DNA of 64,000 bases, taken from contig CAVRWY010000014.1 in NCBI GenBank assembly GCA_963725045.1, positions 305 through 64,304 on the forward strand. The letters run 5' to 3'. The first letter of the stretch is position 1. Each line of letters begins with the position of its first letter. The DNA comes from an uncultured Gemmatimonadales bacterium (GTDB lineage Bacteria > ARS69). Both the position numbers and the translations under genes were made by a program. Under the pieces are notes generated by a model. It made no database searches, was not told where the DNA came from, and was given only the letters and a program-made list of their open reading frames with translations. Shown piece by piece: positions 29,029-37,644 of the stretch.

Positions 29029-30096
29029 GTGTCGAAATCGAAGTACGTGGTCACGCTCCTGCCCGGAGACGGCATCGGACCGGAGGTGGTGTGCGGCGAC
29101 CGTCGCGGTGATGGAAGCGACGGGAGTGCCGCTGGAATGGGAGCCGGGCGAGATCGGCGCGGACGCGGTGGCCAAGCACGGGTCGACGCTCCCTTCGTTC
29201 GTTCTGGACTCGGTTCGCAAGAATCGTGTGGCGCTCAAGGGACCCACCACGACTCCGGTGGGCGGAGGCCACGTCTCCGTGAACGTGGGCTTGCGCCGAG
29301 CGCTGGATCTCTACGCGAATCTCCGTCCGATCCGGAACATTCCCGGCGTGAAGAGCCGCTACGACGGCGTGGATCTCTTCGTGGTGCGGGAGAACACCGA
29401 GGATCTCTACGCGGGAATCGAGCATGTGATCGTCCCCGGCGTCGTGGAATCGCTCAAGGTGATCACCGCGGACGCTTCGACGCGCATCGCCAAGTTCGCA
29501 TTCGCGTTCGCGCGCCGCCGCGGCCGCCATCGAATCAGCGCGATCCACAAGGCGAACATCATGAAGCTCTCCGACGGACTCTTCCTGGATTGTTGCCGCA
29601 AAGTCGCGCAAGGATTACCCGGAGATCCAGTACGACGAGATCATCGTCGACAACATGTGCATGCAGTTGGTCCTGGATCCCACGCGCTACGACATTCTCC
29701 TCTCGGAGAATCTCTACGGAGACATTCTCTCCGATCTGTGCGCGGGGCTCGTCGGGCGGACTCGGTTTCGCTCCGGGCGCGAATGTCGGCGACGAAGCCG
29801 CGGTGTTCGAGACGGTGCACGGCTCCGCTCCCGACATCGCCGGCAAGGGCATTGCGAATCCGGTCGCATCGATGCTGTCCGGGGTCATGCTCTTGCGCCA
29901 CCTGGGGGAGACGGATGCCGCGGATCGCCTGCGGGCCGCGATCATGAGCCACCTCGCCCGGGGAGACCTCCTCACGCCCGACATGGGAGGGAGCGCCACC
30001 ACCGCGCAGGTTCGAGATTCGGTGCGGCGCGCGCTTAGGAGCTTCCCCGTGGGGACGAGCGCCCGGCGCCCCGTTTCGGCGAATCGAGGCCGCTGA
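29029..30096 (+). CDS. NAD-dependent isocitrate dehydrogenase-family enzyme (IDH/IMDH fold), 3 apparent frameshifts
   Basis: [17 protein letters not shown] / [15 protein letters not shown]…[45 protein letters not shown]…[14 protein letters not shown] / [48 protein letters not shown] / [35 protein letters not shown]… in alternating frames. Confidence 0.6.
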   Translation: MSKSKYVVTLLPGDGIGPEVVCGDRRGDGSDGSAAGMGAGRDRRGRGGQARVDAPFVRSGLGSQESCGAQGTHHDSGGRRPRLRERGLAPSAGSLRESPSDPEHSRREEPLRRRGSLRGAGEHRGSLRGNRACDRPRRRGIAQGDHRGRFDAHRQVRIRVRAPPRPPSNQRDPQGEHHEALRRTLPGLLPQSRARITRRSSTTRSSSTTCACSWSWIPRATTFSSRRISTETFSPICARGSSGGLGFAPGANVGDEAAVFETVHGSAPDIAGKGIANPVASMLSGVMLLRHLGETDAADRLRAAIMSHLARGDLLTPDMGGSATTAQVRDSVRRALRSFPVGTSARRPVSANRGR

Positions 30097-30759
30097 CCGC
30101 TCGCCGCGGCGTCTCGCCTCGTGCTCGAAACGCGCGTTCCGGCCCGCCGGCACCCGGCCCGCGCCCGATCGTAGGAACGCGAAGCGACCGCGATCGGAGC
30201 CCTCTCGCGTCCCCGATTGGGGACCTTTCCCCAGCGTTCGTGCGCAAAAGGCCGCGCCGCGCGCTCATCTTGCGACCTGGTGAGACGGCTTCCCCCGAAA
30301 ACCCTTCGCTGGCTCTCGCCGATCGCTGCAAATCCTGACTGCGACCCGCTGGCATGTCCTCTGCATGATGCTCTGGTTGCGCGGGCGATGTCTTCGTCGG
30401 GAACGAAACACCGACTCGGACCTGCAACCTAGTTGATCGCTCCCTCGATGGCTCGCACGCGCATGCGGAACCTCACGGCTGCGCCGCGAGCTCCGCCCGG
30501 TCCCGATTCAGTCTCCTGCGATGTCACGTGATTCGCGGGCGCTCGGCCTGACGACCCTGGGATTCCCGTGGTGACTCGGCGCACGGCGTCAATGCGGGGG
30601 ACTTTCTTCGCGAAGGGGGCGGCAACGCCCCCTTTGCTCGTTGGAGCCGGCCGCGATCTCCGAGAGACAGGCTGCGCGAGCGAAGCTCGGACGTGATGCC
30701 CGCCGGTTCTCCGGCTCGGGTCCCCTCGGCGGCCGTTGCTGCGTTGGCGCTCGCATGAA

Positions 30760-30985
30760 GGCCTCGGATCCCGATCTCTCGCTGCGCATACGTTCCTCGG
30801 CGCGCCGGCGGCTCGCCTCGTGCCCAGATTCCCGGAGCCTTTCGGCTCGCGCTTTTCGCTTCGTGGAGAAGGAGATCTGCGTCGGCGTTACGCAGGCTCG
30901 CCGAAAGGTACCGGGACTCTGGGCGGCGACCGCCGGTGCGCCTCCGGTACGCCAGCTCGCCTCGAGACACTGGGAATCCGAGGCC
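30760..30985. repeat. MITE-like ~230-bp repeat, copy 2 (inverted relative to copy 1)
   Basis: Reverse complement of 30760-30985 aligns almost base-for-base with 5891-6117, including the terminal inverted repeat ctcgagacactgggaatccgaggc at 30960-30984. Lies in the non-coding leader upstream of the BMC locus. Confidence 0.7.
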
Positions 30986-31182
30986 ATTGAAGAGCGCCAG
31001 CGCCGCGCTCGACGGCGCTCGAGGGGAACCGCCAAGCGGGACCGACGAGGGACAGCAACGCATGAGGTCGCTCGCAGTGCCGGATGCTTCGAGGCTACGA
31101 TCGTCGGCGAGCATCCACTCGCTGTGGAACGATCGGATGATGCCCGGGCGATCTCGGCAGAGCGCCGCCCCAGCGATTGACA

Positions 31183-31216
31183 CAGGCCGCCGATCGAGCA
31201 ATTCTCCGGGCCTTCC
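31183..31216 (+). promoter_or_regulatory. candidate sigma70-type promoter of the BMC operon
   Basis: TTGACA (31183-31188), 17 nt, then AATTCT. Followed by a GAAGGGCGG Shine-Dalgarno and ATG 31237 of the first BMC-H gene. By eye only. Confidence 0.25.
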
Positions 31217-31236
31217 TTCGAGGCGAAGGGCGGGTG

Positions 31237-31510
31237 ATGGAGGGAGAGGCTCTCGGGTCTGGTCGAAACGCGCGGATTCGTCGGCTTGGCCGAGGCATCC
31301 GACGCGATGGTCAAAGCGGCGCGGGTCACCATCACCAAGTACGAGCGCATCGGATCGGCGTACGTGACGACGCTGGTGCGCGGCGAGGTGGGCGCGGTGA
31401 ACGCCGCGGTGGCCGCGGGAGCCGATGCCGCACGACGTGTCGGCGAGCTGGTGACGAGCCACGTCATTCCCAGTCCGCATCCTTCGCTGGAAGACATTTT
31501 CTTGAAGTGA
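31237..31510 (+). CDS. BMC-H hexameric shell protein (PduA/EutM family), 1-nt insertion near codon 8
   Basis: MEGEALG in one frame, then [74 protein letters not shown] in the next frame. An extra base falls in gggtctggtc (expected gggctggtc). Confidence 0.75.
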
Positions 31511-31523
31511 CGGGAGGTGGTCG

Positions 31524-31827
31524 ATGAGCGAAGCCTTGGGAATGATCGAGACGCGCGGTTTCGTGGCGCTCGTCGAGGCGTCCGACGCGATGGTCAAAGC
31601 CGCGAACGTGACGCTCGTGGGATACGAGAAGATCGGCGGGGGATACGTGACCGCGATCGTTCGCGGAGACGTGGCCGCCGTGAAGGCCGCGACCGATGCG
31701 GGATCCGCGGCGGCGAACAAGGTCGGAGAGCTCGGTCTCCGTTCACGTCATTCCGCGTCCCCACGGCAACGTGGAGAAGGTCCTCCCCGTCGGACGCGCC
31801 GAGAAGGCGGAAGCCGCCCGAACCTGA
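31524..31827 (+). CDS. BMC-H hexameric shell protein (second paralog), 1-nt insertion near 31738
   Basis: [70 protein letters not shown], then a frame change. The corrected frame gives [30 protein letters not shown] and a stop at 31825-31827. Confidence 0.75.
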
Positions 31828-31846
31828 TCCGCTCGAGGAGGGCCCG

Positions 31847-32155
31847 ATGATCCTCGGGCGCATCGCCGGAACCGTCGTCGCCACGCGCAAGGACGAACGA
31901 CTCGGCGGATTCAAGCTTCAAATCGTGGAGACCGTCGGCCTCGACCTGAAGCCGACCGGCGCCTTCACCATCGCGGTCGACGTGGTCGGCGCCGGGGACG
32001 GCGAGATCGTGCTGGTGGCGTCGGGATCGTCCGCGCGTCTCACCTCCGCGACCAAGGACAAGCCCGTCGACGCGGTGATCCTCGCGATCGTCGACACGGT
32101 GGAGGCCGAAGGCCGCATCCGCTACACGAAGGCCGCGGCCGAGGCCGCGCGTTGA
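31847..32155 (+). CDS. BMC-P pentameric vertex protein (EutN/PduN/CcmL family), paralog 1
   Basis: [65 protein letters not shown]…; GAGGAGGG lies upstream of the ATG. Confidence 0.8.
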   Translation: MILGRIAGTVVATRKDERLGGFKLQIVETVGLDLKPTGAFTIAVDVVGAGDGEIVLVASGSSARLTSATKDKPVDAVILAIVDTVEAEGRIRYTKAAAEAAR

Positions 32156-33618
32156 TCGCGCGGAGCCCCGGCGTGACCCTCGACGAGTCCCGCGTCGAAA
32201 CGCTCGTCGAGCGCGTGCTCCGCCGGCTCGAGGGAGACGCCGCACACTCCGGAATCGCCCGCCCGGCAGTTTCCGCGAGCGCGCGCGGCACGGGCCCGGT
32301 GTTCGAGACTCCCGACGACGCCGCACGCGAAGCGCAGCGCGCGTTTCGCGACTTGGGCGAGACTTCGCTCGAAGTTCGCGATCGCATGATCGCGGCGATT
32401 CGCCGCGCGGTCGAAGAGCACGCGCCGGAGCTTGCGCGCCTCGCCGTGGAAGAGACCGGCCTCGGTCGCGTCGACGACAAGATCAAGAAGAACCTCCTCG
32501 TCGGCCGCAAGACGCCGGGCACGGAAGATCTGGCCCCCACCGCGCGCTCGGGCGATCACGGCCTCACGCTCGAAGAGCGCGCCCCGTACGGCGTGATCCT
32601 CTCGGTGACGCCGTCCACGAATCCGTCCGAGACGGTGATCAACAACGGCATCGGCATGCTCGCCGGCGGCAACGCCGTGATCTTCGCGCCGCATCCGTCC
32701 GCGGCGCGCGTGTCGCTGCGCGCGATCGAAATTCTCGAGCGCGCCGCGCGCGAGGCCGGCGGTCCCGCGAACGTGTTCACCACGATCGCGAAGCCCTCCA
32801 TCGAAGCGACGCAGGCGCTCATGCGCCACGACGCGGTGCGTCTCCTGGTGGTGACCGGCGGCGCCGGCGTGGTGAAGGAAGCGATGTCGGTCGGCAAGCG
32901 GGCGATCACCGCGGGGCCGGGGAATCCTCCGGTCGTGGTCGACGCGACCGCGGATCTTGGACCGCGCCGCGCGCGGCATCGTGGCCGGCGCTTCGCTCGA
33001 CAACAACATCGTGTGCACCGACGAGAAGGAAGTGATCGCGGTGGCCAGCATCGTGGGCGAGCTCATGACGCGCCTGGAGCGCGCCGGAGCGTTTCGCCTG
33101 CGCGGCCGCGAGCTCGATTTGGTGCGCAAGGCAGTGCTCCACGAGGATCGCGGGCCGCGGCGGCGCAGCATTCCGAACAAGGAGCTGATCGGCAAGGACG
33201 CGGGCGTCATCTTGGAGGCGGCGGGAGTTTCCGGACCGAGCACGACGCGGCTTCTCGTCGCCGAGGTCGACGACGGCCATCCGTTCCTGTGGACCGAGCT
33301 CATGATGCCGGTGATCGGCGTGGCCTGCGGCCCGCGACGTCGACGCCGCGATCGACTTCGCGCAAGGACGTGGAAGGCGGCAATCGTCACACCGCCGCCA
33401 TGTACTCGCACGACGTGACCAAGCTCTCGCGCATGGCGCGCACCATCGACTGCTCCATCTTCGTGAAGAACGGGCCCACGTTCAACGGGCTCGGCGAAGG
33501 GGGAGAGGGTTTCACCAGCTACACGATCGCGAGTCCCACCGGCGAAGGCATGACCACTGCGCGCAGCTTCACGCGGTTTCGCCGCTGCACGCTCGTCGAC
33601 TCCTTCCGCATCGTTTGA
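32152..33618 (+). CDS. CoA-acylating aldehyde dehydrogenase (PduP/EutE family) with N-terminal encapsulation-peptide-like helix; >=3 frameshifts
   Basis: N-terminus LDESRVETLVERVLRRLEG (amphipathic) plus a low-complexity linker, then ALDH core (…ETGLGRVDDKIKKN…SVTPSTNPSETVINNGIGMLAGGNAVIFAPHP…). The middle (DRAARGIVAGASLDNNIVCTDEKEVIAVASIV…) and the tail (KDVEGGNRHTAAMYSHDVTKLSRMARTIDCSIFVKNGPTFNGLGEGGEGFTS) are in other frames. Confidence 0.7.
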   Translation: MIARSPGVTLDESRVETLVERVLRRLEGDAAHSGIARPAVSASARGTGPVFETPDDAAREAQRAFRDLGETSLEVRDRMIAAIRRAVEEHAPELARLAVEETGLGRVDDKIKKNLLVGRKTPGTEDLAPTARSGDHGLTLEERAPYGVILSVTPSTNPSETVINNGIGMLAGGNAVIFAPHPSAARVSLRAIEILERAAREAGGPANVFTTIAKPSIEATQALMRHDAVRLLVVTGGAGVVKEAMSVGKRAITAGPGNPPVVVDATADLGPRRARHRGRRFARQQHRVHRREGSDRGGQHRGRAHDAPGARRSVSPARPRARFGAQGSAPRGSRAAAAQHSEQGADRQGRGRHLGGGGSFRTEHDAASRRRGRRRPSVPVDRAHDAGDRRGLRPATSTPRSTSRKDVEGGNRHTAAMYSHDVTKLSRMARTIDCSIFVKNGPTFNGLGEGGEGFTSYTIASPTGEGMTTARSFTRFRRCTLVDSFRIV

Positions 33619-33630
33619 GGCGCCCGCATT

Positions 33631-34242
33631 GTGGAATGGAACGCCGATTCGCTGGGTCTTCTGGAGCTCGGCTCGATCGCCGCGGGAGTGCGCGCCGCCG
33701 ACGAAGTCGTGAAGGCCGCGCGGGTGGATCTCGTCGAAGCGATCCCGATCTCGACCGGAAAGTTCCTGGTGATTTTCGCCGGCGGCGTCGCTGAAGTGGA
33801 AGCGTCGCTCGAAGCGGGAACGCGGGTCGCGCAGGACGCGATCGTGGATACGCTGCGTCTCGCGCGGGTGCATCGCGACGTGCCGCCGGCGATCGCGCGC
33901 CCGCGCGGTGCGCGGGCGATTGCGGCGGCGCTCGGAATCGTGGAGACCACGACGGTGGCGGCGGCGATCGAGGGTGCGGACGCGGCGGCGAAGGCCGCGG
34001 AGGTCCAGCTCCTGGAGATTGCGCCGGGACGAGGAATCGGCGGGCGCGGGTTCTTCACGCTGACCGGCGACGTCGGCTCGGTGCAGGCGGCGTGCGACGC
34101 CGCGCGCGTTCTCATCGACCGGCGCGCCGCGCACATTCGGACGGAAGTTCTCTCGGGACCGCACGCGCTGGTGCGCGATCGTGTGGGGCGCATGCTGATG
34201 GGACACTTCGAGCGGCTCGCGTCGCGCGCGGAGGATGCGTGA
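33631..34242 (+). CDS. BMC-T shell protein (tandem BMC domains)
   Basis: Two PF00936-like halves: LGLLELGSIAAGVRAADEVVKAARVDLVEAIPISTGKFLVIFAGGVAEVEASLEAG… and ALGIVETTTVAAAIEGADAAAKAAEVQLLEIAPGRGIGGRGFFTLTGDVGSVQAACDAA…. Confidence 0.7.
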   Translation: MEWNADSLGLLELGSIAAGVRAADEVVKAARVDLVEAIPISTGKFLVIFAGGVAEVEASLEAGTRVAQDAIVDTLRLARVHRDVPPAIARPRGARAIAAALGIVETTTVAAAIEGADAAAKAAEVQLLEIAPGRGIGGRGFFTLTGDVGSVQAACDAARVLIDRRAAHIRTEVLSGPHALVRDRVGRMLMGHFERLASRAEDA

Positions 34243-34521
34243 ACTTCGCACGGGTCATCGGGAGCATTGTCGCAACCGCGAAGGACGAGAGCTTGAGCGG
34301 TGTGCTCCTGCGCGTCGTGCAGCCGTGCGACGAAGCGGGGCATCCTCGGGGCGAGCCCTTCGTCGCCATCGATCCGCTGCAGACCCGCGAAGGAGATCTG
34401 GTCTTCGTGGTGCGAGCCCGCGAAGCGGCAAAGGCGTTTGCCGTCGAAATTCGCGCCGGTCGACGCCGCGATCGTGGGACTCGTCGACGGCATCGACCGC
34501 GGCGACGAGTCGCAGTCGTGA
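34239..34521 (+). CDS. BMC-P vertex protein, paralog 2 (frameshift near 34440)
   Basis: GTG overlaps the BMC-T stop. VNFARVIGSIVATAKDESLSGVLLRVVQPCDEAGHPRGEPFVAIDPLQTREGDLVFVVRAREAAKAF, then the C-terminus …FAPVDAAIVGLVDGIDRGDESQS in the adjacent frame. Confidence 0.65.
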
Positions 34522-34799
34522 AGATCGCGCGCGTGATCGGCCGGGTCTGGGCGACGTCGAAGGATGCGTCGCTCGAGGGGCGGACGATTCTCCTGCTTCG
34601 CCCACTGGATCTGGAAGGCCGTGCGGTCGGTGAAGCCTACCTCGCCGTCGACGCTGCGCAGGCGGGAGCGGGGGAGCGCGTGCTCGTCGTCGACGAAGGG
34701 GGCTCGGCCGGGCAGGTCTTGGGTCTCGCCGAACCTCCCATCCGCACCGTCGTCGTCGGCGTGGTCGACGAGGTGCACCGCGCCACGGAACGCACATGA
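34518..34799 (+). CDS. BMC-P vertex protein, paralog 3
   Basis: GTG overlaps the paralog-2 stop (GTGA). VKIARVIGRVWATSKDASLEGRTILLLRPLDLEGRAVGEAYLAVDAAQAGAGERVLVVDEGGSAGQVLG…. Confidence 0.7.
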   Translation: MKIARVIGRVWATSKDASLEGRTILLLRPLDLEGRAVGEAYLAVDAAQAGAGERVLVVDEGGSAGQVLGLAEPPIRTVVVGVVDEVHRATERT

Positions 34800-35565
34800 A
34801 GCCGCTTCACGAGATCAAGCGCGACGTCGCGCGCGTGTGCCGGCGGCTCGACGAGCGCGAGTACGTCGGCGGGCGCGACGGCAACGTCTCCGTGCGTCTC
34901 ACCGCGAACACGATCCTGATCACGCCGGCGGGCATTCGCAAAGGGGACGTGGAGGAGCGCGATCTTCTCGTGGTGGACGCGAACGGCGTGAAGATCGAAG
35001 GGCGCGGCCATCCGTCGACGGAGACGGGGATGCACTGCCACGTATATCGCCGCCGCACCGACGTCCGTGCGGTGGTGCACGCGCATCCTCCGGTCGCGAC
35101 CGGGTTCGCCGCCGCGGGACGCGGGCTCACCGGATGCGTGCTTCCCGAGGTCGTGGTGGGTTTGGGCGAGGTCCCGGTGGCGCCGTACGCGCTTCCCGGG
35201 ACGGACGAAGTGGCGTCGGCGATCGATCCGTTCCTGGAGCGCCACGACGCGCTGCTCCTGGGAAACCACGGCGCGGTCGCGTTCGGCGAAGACGTGGATG
35301 CCGCGCACCAACGGATGGAGACGCTGGAGCAATCGGCGCGAATTCTCTTGGTGGCGCGGTTGCTCGGCGGTGCGCATCCGCTGGGGGAAGACGAGGTGCG
35401 CCGCTTGATCGAAGCGCGGGCGCCGCTACGGAGTGCGCGCGGACCTCGCCGGATGCATCCTGGGCGACACGTTCCCGCCGCGAGCTTCGGAGCCGGCTGC
35501 GGCGCCGGATGATGACGCCCTCGTCGAGCGCATCGCCGAGCGCGTCCGGCGGCTGCTTGGTTAGC
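34796..35565 (+). CDS. class II aldolase/adducin-family enzyme (fuculose/rhamnulose-phosphate aldolase-like) with C-terminal encapsulation-peptide-like helix; frameshift ~35440
   Basis: …GNVSVRL…LITPAG…HAHPP…GNHGAVAFGEDVDAAHQRMETLE… class II aldolase motifs. The terminal segment in the adjacent frame, …GDTFPPRASEPAAAPDDDALVERIAERVRRLLG, ends at TAG 35563-35565. Confidence 0.65.
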
Positions 35566-35822
35566 TAGGCCGCCTTCAGGCGATTCACCGCCAGCGCGAT
35601 GCGGCTCTTCTTGCGATTCGCGCGCCGGCGCGGAATGACACCCTTCTTCACCGCACGGTCGAGCTCGCTGGAGAGAGTGCGCATCGCAGCGTCGGCTTCT
35701 TCGCCGGACGCGGCGATCAAGGTCTTGTTCAGCGTCTTGATCGTGCTCTTGACCTGACGGTTGCGCGCGTTCTGCTTCTTCGCGGTGCGCATGCGCTTGA
35801 AGTTCGACTTGTGACGAGGCAT
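35565..35822 (-). CDS. rpsT: 30S ribosomal protein S20
   Basis: MPRHKSNFKRMRTAKKQNARNRQVKSTIKTLNKTLIAA…AVNRLKAA. Confidence 0.85.
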   Translation of the reverse strand: MPRHKSNFKRMRTAKKQNARNRQVKSTIKTLNKTLIAASGEEADAAMRTLSSELDRAVKKGVIPRRRANRKKSRIALAVNRLKAA

Positions 35823-36000
35823 CCAATCGCTCCTCTGAATTGGAAATCTTGGACTTCGAGGCCGAGGAGTCTAGTCGCTGGCCGACAGGGGGTCAAGCGT
35901 CAGGGATTCGAGGTGCCTTCCTCACCGCGAGACTGCCGGATTTGACGCTCTCCCGAGAGCCGTGGAATCCTGCCCCGGCGGTGCGGGGTGACCGCGGGGG

Positions 36001-37644
36001 GTGAGCTTGGACGAGGGGAACGCTCCGCGGGCAGCCGGCGACCAGGGTGAGGGGAAGGCGCGCGTCACCCGCGACGCCACCGTGTTCGGCCTGGCCACGC
36101 TGCTCTCGCGCTTCTTCGGTCTGGCCCGCGACTCCGTGTTCGCGGTCCTCTTCGGCACCGGCTTCGTGGCCGACGCGTTCAATCTCGCGTTCATGGTTCC
36201 GAGCTTCTTTCGCCGAGTCGTCGGTGAGGGGAACTTCAATCCTGCGTTCGTTCCCGTGTTCGCCAAGATCTGGGAGCAGCGCGGCCCCGACGAAGCCAAG
36301 CGGTTCTTCCGCCGCGTGACCGGAGTGTTCCTCGCGGTTCTCGCAGTGATGACGATTCTCGGGATGCTCGCGGCCGAACCGCTGGTGCGCCTCTATGCCC
36401 ACGACTGGAAGAATCACCCCGAAGATCTGCGCTTCGCGGTTCTGCTGCTCCAAATCATGTTCCCGTTCCTGTTCTTCTCCGGCGGCGCGGCGCTCGTCTC
36501 CGCCGTGCTGAACGCGCGCGGCAAGTTCCTGGTGTCCGCGCTCGCTCCCATTTTGCTGAACGTGTGCTTCCTGATCGGCGCCGCGAGCGCGTTCGTGACC
36601 GATTCGATCCACACCCGCGCGGTGCTCTTCACCATCGCCGGCTGCCTCGGCGGACTCGCCGCGTGGGTGTGCATGTTTCCCGAGATGCGCCAGCTCGGCC
36701 TTCCCCTCGGCGTGAGTTGGGCGCCGAAGGATCCCGACGTGCGGCGCGTGGGCGCGTTGATGCTCCCCGGGTTCCTGGCGCTCGGCGTGACCCAGGTGAA
36801 CTCGCTCGTCGACACCATGGTCGCGCTGCGCATGGAGCCGGGGACGCTCTCCGCGCTTCGGCTCGGGAATCGGGTGACGCTGCTCCCGGTGGGCGTGATC
36901 GGGGTGGCGGTGTCGACCGCTTCGCTCTCCATGATGTCGCGCCGCGCGGCCCAAGGGGACCGCGAGGGTCTCCTGGAGACGCTGGACCATACTCTTCGAC
37001 TTCTGGTGACGCTGCTCGTTCCGGCCACGGTGGGGCTCGTGCTTCTGGCGGAGCCGATCGTCCAGCTCTTGTTCCAGTACGGGGAGTTCAGCGCGGAGCG
37101 CTCCACCCCGATGACGACCGCGGCGCTGGTGTTCTACGCGCTGGGGCTGCCCGGGTATGGGCTGGTCCGCGGGCTCGCGCAGGCGTATTACGCGATGCAG
37201 GACACGAAGACTCCCGTGCGAATCGGGGTCGTGTCGGTGGTGTCGAACGTCGTGTTCATTCTCCTCTTGATGAAGCCGATGCGTCTGGCCGGGCTCGCGC
37301 TCGCGACCTCGCTGGCCTCGTACGTGAATGCCGGCCTCTTGTTCGCGCTCCTGCCGCGGCGCGTGGGGGCGTACGCCCCCGGGCCGCTGCTGCGCTCGAC
37401 CGCGCGCACCCTTGCGGGATCGGCGGTCCTCGGAGTTGCGGCGCTCGGCGGAGAGGCGCTCGCTCGGACGCTCTTTCCCGGGGATTCGATCACCGCACGG
37501 CTTGCGGTCGTCGGGATCGCCATCGTGTTCGGCGTCGCGGCGCTGGTGCTCACGCTTCGTGCGCTTGGTCACGAGGAGCTGCGGGAGATCCAGGACGCGC
37601 TCACCAGGCGGCGGTCGGGAGGCTCGACGAGGGGCGCGTCGTGA
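36001..37644 (+). CDS. murJ: lipid II flippase MurJ (MviN)
   Basis: …TVFGLATLLSRFFGLARDSVFAVLFG…; 14 TM helices; 547 codons. Confidence 0.8.
   Translation: MSLDEGNAPRAAGDQGEGKARVTRDATVFGLATLLSRFFGLARDSVFAVLFGTGFVADAFNLAFMVPSFFRRVVGEGNFNPAFVPVFAKIWEQRGPDEAKRFFRRVTGVFLAVLAVMTILGMLAAEPLVRLYAHDWKNHPEDLRFAVLLLQIMFPFLFFSGGAALVSAVLNARGKFLVSALAPILLNVCFLIGAASAFVTDSIHTRAVLFTIAGCLGGLAAWVCMFPEMRQLGLPLGVSWAPKDPDVRRVGALMLPGFLALGVTQVNSLVDTMVALRMEPGTLSALRLGNRVTLLPVGVIGVAVSTASLSMMSRRAAQGDREGLLETLDHTLRLLVTLLVPATVGLVLLAEPIVQLLFQYGEFSAERSTPMTTAALVFYALGLPGYGLVRGLAQAYYAMQDTKTPVRIGVVSVVSNVVFILLLMKPMRLAGLALATSLASYVNAGLLFALLPRRVGAYAPGPLLRSTARTLAGSAVLGVAALGGEALARTLFPGDSITARLAVVGIAIVFGVAALVLTLRALGHEELREIQDALTRRRSGGSTRGAS

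Noticed and set aside
30613-30634. GNRA hairpin as the intrinsic terminator of the IDH gene
   Set aside because: It lies ~520 nt beyond the IDH stop and is not followed by a U-tract on either strand. It is kept only as an unexplained structured element within the BMC leader.
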